Below are positions 36,306 through 44,600 of a stretch of DNA of 64,000 nt, in pieces; position 1 is the first letter of the stretch; each line of letters begins with the position of its first letter. The translations under genes and the position numbers were made by a program. Location of the stretch: positions 1-64,000 of IMG/VR virus record IMGVR_UViG_3300025141_000016; one strand, given 5' to 3'. The notes under the pieces are model-generated. The model ran no database searches and was not told the origin of the DNA. It saw nothing but the letters and a program-made list of their open reading frames with translations.

Positions 36306-36866
36306 CTACTCGGATGGAGAGGTGGAGGGATGGTGGGCTCCCTGATGGAGCAGTCGCTCTCCGTCAGGGGAGACGAGATAGGAGTCTTCGTCCATGTGAA
36401 GGTGGCCCTTCCAGAACGGTTCCTTCAACTGGATGACGTTTGTGGGCTTCCCATTGGACGCATCGCTGTAGATGCCGTTCCCGTGGCGGGTCACCTCTCG
36501 GAACTCCCCCGGCAACGTCTTGGAGGGGTCAATGAAGTGAGGGGCGACCGACGGAAGGGTAGACCAGAAAGAGGTGAGGTCTTTGGCCGACATACCGGTC
36601 CACCAGACCCAATGGCGATAGCCATACTCTTCCACCAAGAACAGGACTGCTTGGTCTTTAGTGCTGACCACCGATAGAGGGAAGTCTGCACTGTCGAAGC
36701 CGTGGGGTGCTTCCGTGGAGGCGTTTTCTTGCCATCCGTGGGGTTCCACTTGTTCTGCGGCCCAATCGCAGGCTGCGTCAAACGCATAGCGACGGGTGCC
36801 TCCGTTCATCCACCAAAAGCGGTGGAGGGTAATGGTTTGGGGTTTCATGGGGTGCTCCAGATTCAT
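36306..36866 (-). CDS. Hypothetical protein
   Basis: Start ATG 36866 (ATGA coupling) or ATG 36848 (RBS GGAG). Trp-rich. The longer upstream extension in the ORF track looks non-coding. Confidence 0.6.
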   Translation of the reverse strand: MNLEHPMKPQTITLHRFWWMNGGTRRYAFDAACDWAAEQVEPHGWQENASTEAPHGFDSADFPLSVVSTKDQAVLFLVEEYGYRHWVWWTGMSAKDLTSFWSTLPSVAPHFIDPSKTLPGEFREVTRHGNGIYSDASNGKPTNVIQLKEPFWKGHLHMDEDSYLVSPDGERLLHQGAHHPSTSPSE

Positions 36867-37009
36867 GCTGCCGGGAGGGCGATTGCCTTCCCGTCGATGG
36901 TGATGTTGGTGATGGTGTGGCCTGCTTCGCGGAGTACCGCGATGGCTTGCTCCAAGGCCCACCCCTTTGGGAGAGGGGCCTTGCCTTTGTCGGTGTGAAT
37001 GATGGTCAT
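36863..37009 (-). CDS. Small hypothetical protein (48 aa), absent from the ORF track
   Basis: RBS GGAG. MTIIHTDKGKAPLPKGWALEQAIAVLREAG..., with ATGA overlaps at both ends. Confidence 0.6.
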   Translation of the reverse strand: MTIIHTDKGKAPLPKGWALEQAIAVLREAGHTITNITIDGKAIALPAA

Positions 37010-37650
37010 GGGGCTGCTCCTGGCTGGAAGGACACCGACCACACTTGGGATTGGGGGGAAGTCCCCCGACCTGCAAGCAACTCACGGTAGGCTCCGATGA
37101 GGGCTTCCAAGTGCTCGGTGTTTCGTTTGGCCACCCACTCCATCTCGGGGGGGCAGAACAGGGAACGGGGGTCATCCTCGACAGATTCAGCCAGCGCCCT
37201 CTGCACCCGGAAGAACATCGCCGTCAAGATGGGGGGCGGGATGTAGAGGATCTCTTCTTCTTCTGTGTATTCGTCGGGGTCGTGGAGTTTCCGGCCTTCC
37301 GCGATTCGCCCTATGACAAGGGCTTGAACCTCATAGGCACGCTTACCCCACACCTCACCCATCTTTGGGATGATGCCATCGTCGTGGAGGTCCAGGGCGT
37401 GGAAGACTGCTCCGATAAGTTCGGTGTACACCATGTTCCGCCCTTCCCAGAGGCGTTCAATCCGGCGAAGCAACAGAGGCCACTCGTATTTGATGATGGC
37501 CTCATGGGTCCACCGGCTCCCCCTGGTCTTGTCCGAATCGAACGCCATCAGGTGCAGAATGTCTTGCACCTCCGGTACGGAGAGCAGGACCGTTCCTCGG
37601 TAATCGTGGCGAGGAAGACTGGAAGCGAGGTTTGTGGGGTCGGTTTTCAA
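37006..37650 (-). CDS. Hypothetical protein
   Basis: 214 aa, TTG start, downstream of the promoter at 37717-37745. Confidence 0.6.
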   Translation of the reverse strand: MKTDPTNLASSLPRHDYRGTVLLSVPEVQDILHLMAFDSDKTRGSRWTHEAIIKYEWPLLLRRIERLWEGRNMVYTELIGAVFHALDLHDDGIIPKMGEVWGKRAYEVQALVIGRIAEGRKLHDPDEYTEEEEILYIPPPILTAMFFRVQRALAESVEDDPRSLFCPPEMEWVAKRNTEHLEALIGAYRELLAGRGTSPQSQVWSVSFQPGAAP

Positions 37651-37716
37651 TGAAGTCTCCGATGGCCTCTCAATGAGGCGCGGGTAAACGTATGGGAGGC
37701 ACAGGGTATGTGCCTC

Positions 37717-37745
37717 CCATACGGAGATAGGTGGGGGGTTTGAAC
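37717..37745 (-). promoter_or_regulatory. Sigma70-like early promoter, copy 1: TTCAAA-N17-TATGGG
   Basis: Shares GGGGGTTCAA and TCTCCGTAT with the copies near 38693 and 60231. Confidence 0.7.
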
Positions 37746-37756
37746 CCCCTTGTGGT

Positions 37757-38164
37757 TCAAGAGTTGAACTTTGTCTTGGGCATCTTCCCGCCCTGTGCTT
37801 TCAGGCCGTTCCTGACCTGATCAACGGTGAACTTGTAGCGCCCACCTCTCGGGCCGATTCCGACGAGGGGGTACTTGGGGCGGCTCGTCTTGATCCCCGA
37901 AACCGTGTAGATGGTTCCGTTCCCGCATCGGAAGGGTGCTCCCCAGCAATCGGGGGGGATCCCCAGGCGTGTGGCTGTGGCAGCGAAGTCAGCAGGAGCC
38001 CCGTCCGTGGCGACGGTGACGAACTCCCACTTCATAGTTAGTCGATCCCCACTCCAGCGGTAGGGGCCTTGGGTGAGCATCAGACCATACTTGGACGCGA
38101 CCTCTTCAAGCGCGTCCTTGGCTTCGGCGGAAAGAATCTTGGCGGTTTCTCGGTCAAAGGACAT
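37757..38164 (-). CDS. Conserved phage hypothetical protein
   Basis: Start ATG 38164. AKDALEEVASKYGL..YTVSGIKTSRPKYP. Confidence 0.65.
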   Translation of the reverse strand: MSFDRETAKILSAEAKDALEEVASKYGLMLTQGPYRWSGDRLTMKWEFVTVATDGAPADFAATATRLGIPPDCWGAPFRCGNGTIYTVSGIKTSRPKYPLVGIGPRGGRYKFTVDQVRNGLKAQGGKMPKTKFNS

Positions 38165-38660
38165 GGGCTTCTCCGTGGGTGTGGCTGTGGATGTGGTGGA
38201 TAGAGGTAGGGTCAAAAACAACGACCTCCCCCTCGTCGTGGGGAGTCTCGATTCCGGCGTGTCCGTGTGCGAGAAAGACCGCCCGTACCTTCCGGGCAGC
38301 GTGTTCTCGTTCCTCTGCCGTCCCTTTGACGGTGGTCATCCTCCACCACTGATCGTCGGCCAAGGTGAAAACCGTCTTGTGGAATAGCCGTTCGGCCTCG
38401 GTGGAGGGCTCAACGGGGGTAAGTGACCCCCGTTTGAGGAAGTAGGGGTATGGGAGGTAGGCGAAGGTGCTGGTGTCCACTACGACTTCCAGCACCACTT
38501 CCCCGCAAGCCCGCGCCCGAGAAATACTGGCGGTGAGGTAGAAACCCCAGCCAAAATCGCCCGGATCTCGGGTTCTCGGGGCCTCCAAGTCCACGCCCCC
38601 TGCCAAGATCGAGGCGGCTCGTTCCCGGCTTGTGCCGTGGTAAAGGGTGCGGAATCCCAT
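38154..38660 (-). CDS. ADP-ribosyltransferase-fold protein (HGT-type)
   Basis: Start ATG 38660 (RBS AGGAG). LYHGTS, GDFGWGFYLT and GEVVVF. Confidence 0.65.
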   Translation of the reverse strand: MGFRTLYHGTSRERAASILAGGVDLEAPRTRDPGDFGWGFYLTASISRARACGEVVLEVVVDTSTFAYLPYPYFLKRGSLTPVEPSTEAERLFHKTVFTLADDQWWRMTTVKGTAEEREHAARKVRAVFLAHGHAGIETPHDEGEVVVFDPTSIHHIHSHTHGEAHVL

Positions 38661-38691
38661 GAAATCTCCTGATGGCGGGGGGTGCTTACCC

Positions 38692-38720
38692 TCCATACGG
38701 AGATACCGGGGCGAGTTGAA
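38692..38720 (-). promoter_or_regulatory. Sigma70-like early promoter, copy 2: TTCAAC-N17-TATGGA
   Basis: Minus strand GGGGGGTTCAACTCGCCCCGGTATCTCCGTATGGAG, upstream of ATG 38660. Confidence 0.7.
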
Positions 38721-38761
38721 CCCCCCTACGGCAAATCAGTTGAAATCAGTCGGGGTGTTGT

Positions 38762-38776
38762 CGGTGGCCCGTCTAT
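38762..38776 (+). promoter_or_regulatory. Late-type motif
   Basis: CGGTGG CCCGT CTAT. Confidence 0.65.
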
Positions 38777-38816
38777 ACCCCTCCGGGGGTAGGGTTCGTC
38801 TTGGAGGCCCGATTCG

Positions 38817-40493
38817 ATGGCAGCCGAAATACGAAGTAGTATCCCTGCTAAACCAACGCTTGATAGCGTTAGCCGGGACGATCTTGCGCTCGCGGAAGTA
38901 GTTACCGTTGAGCAAAAGCCTCCCGTGGTGGGGACAACTTGGGCGTGGACCTTGGTCTACGTCCCCGAGGGCAGCGCGGCTGTTCTCACTCCTCCAGCGG
39001 CGGTAACCACTTCTGGACCCATGGATTTCACCGTGGACCGCGTGGGGTCGTACCTCGTTCGCCTTGTCGTGGACGCAGGACTTCCGACGGAGAGCACCCA
39101 GTATGTGCGTCTCCGGGCGCTGACCGCTTCTCTGGGCCTCAAACTGGTGGCTGCGGGGGAACGACGGGACGCGACGGGAGTGATTCCCGTTGACGTGGAC
39201 ACCGAGGGGTGGGCCAACGAGCAGAACTTCAATCTCTTGGCCTTGGAAACGGCTGCGGCAACTGACCCCCTTGCAGATGTTCTCGTTGTCGGGAACATCA
39301 CGGGCGGGACCGACATTCTGATGACGACCGGCGACAGGATCGTTGGTCAAACGCATGTGGTGGTCGCCTCTACCGGGGCAGGCACCAACATCGTGCTGAA
39401 CCCCGATGCCACAGGGTCGGTTGTCGTCAACGGTAAACTCACCGTCACCGGACTCATCGATCCCACTGGGGTCATCTTCGATGAAGCGGCAAGCCCTACT
39501 GTGGTGGGAACCAAGGGCGGCCTCTTTGTCTCGGACGGCAGCGGAGCCCTGACCCAGAACCACCTTTACTACCAGCCCACGGGCGCGGGTGTTCCGGTAG
39601 ACCTTTCCCACGCTCATGCAGCGGAGAGTCTGGCGGATACCCTGGTAGCCGGAAACACCACGGGTGCCACTGACCTCGTTGTTTCGGCAGGCCAGCAGAT
39701 CCAAGGTCAGACCAAGATTATCTTGGACGAAGGCCCCGATGTAGCAGGGGCGGCGAACAAGGGTGCCCTCTTTGTCTCTGATGGGTCGGGTGCGTATGTC
39801 GCCAACGAACTTTACTTCCAGCCCACTGTTGGCGTGGCGGTCAACCTCTCTCATGCCCACGCTGCGAACACCCTGTCTGCCGTCCTGGCAGCCGGAAACA
39901 CCACGGGTGGGACCAACATCCAGATCACCGCTGGCGATTCGATTATCGACCAGACGCGGATCGTGCTCAACGAAGCAGCCTCTCCCACAGTCGTCGCCAC
40001 CGAGGGTGGCCTCTTTGTCTCCGACGGGACGGGGGGTTTGGAACAAAACGAGCCCTACTACAAGAATGATGCTGGGAACGACAGGCGCATCCTCCACGTC
40101 CCCGCTGGTGACCCTGCCTACCTGATCCCCTACAACATCAACATGCCCGATGTGCCCAACGACACGGTGCAGTACCAAGGGTGGGTTCCTACCGCCTGTG
40201 TTCTCCAAGCAGTGCGGGCCATGATGGTGACCCTCAACACCCAAGGGAACTACACGCTCGCTGTGACCAACGTGGCTTCCGGTAACACCTGCCTCTCCAC
40301 AGCGACCTTCGACATGAACGGCCTCGTTGCGGGTGGGGTGACTGATGTGGCTCTCACGGGGACGCCAGCGGATCTTGCCTTTAGTGCGCCGGGTGGGGCA
40401 ACGGCGGGCCGATGGAATGTTTCTCTTGTTTCCGATGATGCCGCCTTCGATGGGTCGGACATATACATCGAACTCGTCTTTGGAGTGCCCTAA
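38817..40493 (+). CDS. Fibre/structural protein (short paralog of 41689..46869)
   Basis: PKD/Ig-like N-terminus (WAWTLVYVP..FTVDRVGSYLVRL), three GxLFVSDG repeats, and a C-terminal domain shared with the paralog. Confidence 0.75.
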   Translation: MAAEIRSSIPAKPTLDSVSRDDLALAEVVTVEQKPPVVGTTWAWTLVYVPEGSAAVLTPPAAVTTSGPMDFTVDRVGSYLVRLVVDAGLPTESTQYVRLRALTASLGLKLVAAGERRDATGVIPVDVDTEGWANEQNFNLLALETAAATDPLADVLVVGNITGGTDILMTTGDRIVGQTHVVVASTGAGTNIVLNPDATGSVVVNGKLTVTGLIDPTGVIFDEAASPTVVGTKGGLFVSDGSGALTQNHLYYQPTGAGVPVDLSHAHAAESLADTLVAGNTTGATDLVVSAGQQIQGQTKIILDEGPDVAGAANKGALFVSDGSGAYVANELYFQPTVGVAVNLSHAHAANTLSAVLAAGNTTGGTNIQITAGDSIIDQTRIVLNEAASPTVVATEGGLFVSDGTGGLEQNEPYYKNDAGNDRRILHVPAGDPAYLIPYNINMPDVPNDTVQYQGWVPTACVLQAVRAMMVTLNTQGNYTLAVTNVASGNTCLSTATFDMNGLVAGGVTDVALTGTPADLAFSAPGGATAGRWNVSLVSDDAAFDGSDIYIELVFGVP

Positions 40494-41689
40494 TGCCTGC
40501 ATCACCATGGTCTGCCGCTGTTCGCGCTAACGTCTTCCTGGCCCCCGGAGCCCAACGGGACGCTGCGTTCCGTCTACGGACGAGTCAACCCACCGATGTC
40601 TTTGCTGGTGACTGTGACCAGAGCCTCAACCTCCTCGTATTTGAGGATGTGCTCACAGGCGGTGGCACCACCTCTTACATCAGTGCCCAAGCTGGGGTCA
40701 GGATGCAGACGGCGGCTGCGGCGGGGGACAGGGTGGTTCGCCAATCCAGAGAGTATGTGCGCTATCTCCCCGGAAAGAGCCAGATGGTGATGGTTTCCGT
40801 TGACTTCCAGGGAAGCACGGCAAACGTGATCAAGAGGGCGGGCTACTTCGATGACAACTCCACTGGATACGGCGCGGGGATGTACTTCTATGTCGATGCA
40901 GGTGGGATCAAGACAGGCCACCGCGTAGGTGCATCGGACACCCTGGTAGATCAGGTCAACTGGAATGTGGACAAGTTGAACGGCGGTGGACCGTCTGGGG
41001 TCACGTTGGACACCACGAAACCACAAACGATGGTCTTCGTCTTCGGGGGGATGGTTCCCTCGGTGATGCGATGGGGTTTCATCCTCGATGGGAACATCGT
41101 TATTTGTCACGAGGAGTTCCAGACCAACACAGCCGCAGGCCCCCAGATGCCTCACCCCTCTCTCCCTGTCCGTTGGGAACTGGAGAGCACCGGGGGTGTT
41201 GGGGAGATGTTCGCTTTCTCGGCCTCGGTCCAATCCGAGGGGGGCTTTGACGACAAGGGACGCGCTTCGGGGCTGCCTCGCAACGCTCCTCTCTCATTGA
41301 CGGCGGTTGGGGTGAAGCCTCTCCTGTCAATCCGGCTGAAGACCTCGTTCAAGCGGGGACAAGTCCATCCTACTTCCCTCTCGGTCCTGGCCGATGGAAG
41401 CGAGAACTACTACTACCTGCTTCTCCTTCGGCCTACTCTGACGGGTGCCACTTTCGCGACTGGGGTGGACCATGTAGAGGGGGACATAGCGGCTACCGCT
41501 TATGGTGGCGGCCATATCGTTGGTAGTGGGTGGGGAGAGGCCGGGAAGGTTCTCAACGTGCCCCTCGACGGCATCCTACTGGGGGCTGATTATGCGGGAA
41601 CGACGGACATTCTGACCTTGGCGGTCAGCCCCGTTGGCACTTCCCCGACTGACTTCTATGCCGCGATCAACTGGCGGGAGTTCATCTGA
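40493..41689 (+). CDS. Virion structural protein (lectin-like)
   Basis: RQSREYVRYLPGKSQ..QxxWNVDKLNG. Translationally coupled within the tail operon. Confidence 0.65.
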   Translation: MPASPWSAAVRANVFLAPGAQRDAAFRLRTSQPTDVFAGDCDQSLNLLVFEDVLTGGGTTSYISAQAGVRMQTAAAAGDRVVRQSREYVRYLPGKSQMVMVSVDFQGSTANVIKRAGYFDDNSTGYGAGMYFYVDAGGIKTGHRVGASDTLVDQVNWNVDKLNGGGPSGVTLDTTKPQTMVFVFGGMVPSVMRWGFILDGNIVICHEEFQTNTAAGPQMPHPSLPVRWELESTGGVGEMFAFSASVQSEGGFDDKGRASGLPRNAPLSLTAVGVKPLLSIRLKTSFKRGQVHPTSLSVLADGSENYYYLLLLRPTLTGATFATGVDHVEGDIAATAYGGGHIVGSGWGEAGKVLNVPLDGILLGADYAGTTDILTLAVSPVGTSPTDFYAAINWREFI

Positions 41690-44600
41690 TGGCTGTTGCG
41701 AGTATCCATAGCCTCCGAAACGGCGCTGACCCGTATACTGGTACGAGTCGGGACGACCTCGCCCTTACGGATGTGGTCACGGTCAATGCTGTTCAGATTG
41801 GCACCGCCTATCAGTGGAGTCTTGCCTACATCCCAGAGGGTTCCGCTGCGGCGTTTTCAGGGAGTGTGGTTGCTCGGAGTCCCGGCACCTTTACCGTAGA
41901 CAGGGAAGGACCGTATCTGGTCCGGCTTGCCCTCACGGCTCCCCAGATCACTGTGAACGCAGTCCTCACGGCGGGGTCAAAGTTCACCATCAATGGCGTA
42001 GACCTAACGGCGGTTGCCGGAGCGTCTACCCCTGGAAGCAACGACTTCTCCGTGGGGAGTGGCACCGTTGCTGGGATCACCGCTGAAATCGAGGCCGCCA
42101 TCAATGATGGTGCCAACTCCTTCACAGGCATCGTCACCGCTTCGGATGCCTCACCGGATGTGGTGTTCTCTCCCGTCGTGGACGGGGTTCCGATCACCAT
42201 CACCCACACTTGGCCTGCCGCAGACGTGACGGTAGGCAACTTGGAGACGGAGCAGTACGTCCGTCTCCGTGCTCTCACAGCCTACGGCGCATTGAAGCTG
42301 GTGGCGGCGGGAGAGAGGTACGACACTCTCCGCGTCCCTGTGGACACCACCTTTGACGGGTGGGCCGACGAGCAGAACTTCAACCTGCTCGCTCTCCTCG
42401 GCCTCGCCAGCGTGACTGCCGCATCCACCCGTGTCCTCTATGTGGACCCGGTGAATGGGGACTACCAGACCATCCAGGCGGCTATCGACTACGCCGATTC
42501 CCAGACACCCTCTATCGCGACCCAGTGGGTTGTTCTGGTTCGTCCTGGGGTCTACGTCGAAGACCTGACCTTTTACCCGTGGGTCAACCTTTTCGGGTGG
42601 CCGGGAGGGGAACAATCCCCCCTTGTCACGGTGCGGAACGCCACGGCGGGGCTCCCTCATCTTATCCACCTGCCGAACCCCACCCACTCCATCAATGTCG
42701 TCAACATCTCTTTTGAGCGTCTTGTCGCAAGTGCCGTCTCTACGTTGCGCCAGACGGGGAGTGGAAGGGCTACCTTTATTCGGTGCTCCTTGCGGGCACA
42801 GGGTACAGGCGTGGCGTATCAGGAGTTCGCGGGCGTTGCCCAGTTCTTTGAGTCCCAGATTTATGGGGGCACCAGCACTCCTGCCGACTACGCCATCCAT
42901 GTCCAGAACGGGGCCAACATCCTTGCCATGCACCGTTGCTCGGTCGAGGGGCGGTCAGGGTTGTTGCTCGGGACGCAGGTCCAAGCTGAAATCCGAGACT
43001 GCTCCATCACAGGTAGCGGTGACTTCGGCATCAACACGAACGCCGACAGCTTGGAAGTCGAATACTGCACCATCCAGAACTCCACCACTTCGGTCGCGTT
43101 CAACCCGGCACCTTTTTCTGGGGCTGCGGGTAGCACCGACACTACTATCCGGTGGTCACGGGTAGGAAACCTCACCGCAGACGGAACCAATGTCTTTGGT
43201 GTGGGTCGCCTCGACCTCGGCTCCACTGAACATGGCACCATCACGCGCACGAATGGTGCAGTCGGTGTGGCCACTGTCCCTGCCGACACCATCTTCTATG
43301 ACAACGCTCTGGTGGCTCATAGCCGCATCGTGAACGCGGTGGAGATCGGGGGCGACCTCACCGCCACGAACGTCCAAGATGCCCTCGATGAGATTTACAC
43401 CTACGCCATCGGGGTGCGGACCCTGGACGATGCCTATGATGGTGGGGTCACCGCTACCGGCGTGGGCCGGACCATCGTTGCTGACCAGGGAGCCGTCCAG
43501 ATCGTGGATGCGGTTGCCCCCTCCGATCCCATCCCACCTGACAACCCCAACGGGAGCCTTGAAGTGGTGGGGGCCATCAAGGTTGGAGGCATCAACAAAC
43601 CGGAAATCACAGTTGACCCCAACCCTTTTGGGAACGGTCCTGCGGTTCATCTGGGACGCGAAATCTGGGCCAATGATGCCCCAAGCGGAAGCACCGCGCT
43701 GATTCTCGGAGATGCCACAGGCTCCCCGATGTTTCACAACTACAACCTCCGAGTGGGAACTCAACACGCTGATGGCGGGGCTCCCCATGGGGTTGGGGAA
43801 CTTTTCCTCCGAGCAGGAGACTCCCACGCCGCAATCAACGCGGGTTCCCTATACATCCAGGCAGGCACGGCAACCCAAGCGGGCGGCGAGGGTGGAGACA
43901 TTTACGTTGTGCCCGGAGGCAGCACCCTGGGGGCTACCGAAGGGTCCATCATCCTCGGAAGACCCCGCACCGCTACTTCTGCAACCCTCACAGCGAACGC
44001 CGCGATGGGTGCGGGGACGGCGACGGCGGGGATTATCCAGTTCGGCATCGACTCGGGGTCTTTCAAGATCACCCTGGCGGGCGGCGAGAACTTGGCAGCC
44101 GTACACGCGCTGTTCAACGCCACGGGAGTTGTGACCACCAATCCAGCCGATGATCCCATCATCCTGACGACGGTGGCCGCAGGCCCAACAGCGGAAGTCT
44201 TCTTCCTCAACGCGGGCGCTGGGGTGGATGCCTCAATCGGCACCTTTTCGGGTCAGCCGATGGTGGCAGGTACTTGGCCTGACACCGTGAAGGTGGATGC
44301 TACTGCTCTGAACGAGATCACCATTGGTGCTGGTGGCACAACCGGTCCTCTGGTCTACAACGCCGAAACCGGGAAGTTGACCGTACCAGGGATGATTGAC
44401 CCCACGGGGATGATCTTCTCCGAGTCCACCTTGGCAGCTACGACAGCCGCAGTGGCCGGGTGGACGGCTGGTAACCAGGGTGCCCTCTTTGTCTCCGATG
44501 GCACAGGGGGTTTGATCGACAACCACCTCTACTACGTCTTCGACACCGGGGCTGCCCTCGACATATCCGGGGGAGGCACTGGGGATGTGGTCGGACCAGC

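Noticed and set aside
38733-38751. AAATCAGT direct repeat between the divergent promoters as an operator
   Set aside because: Only two 8-bp copies, and not seen at the equivalent 60.26-60.30 kb junction, so support is insufficient.
38736-40508. 590-aa minus-strand ORF and other long antisense ORFs (e.g. 20998-22221, 11398-12339, 49229-50455)
   Set aside because: They shadow well-supported + strand genes, as expected in high-GC DNA, and lack RBSs or recognisable motifs.
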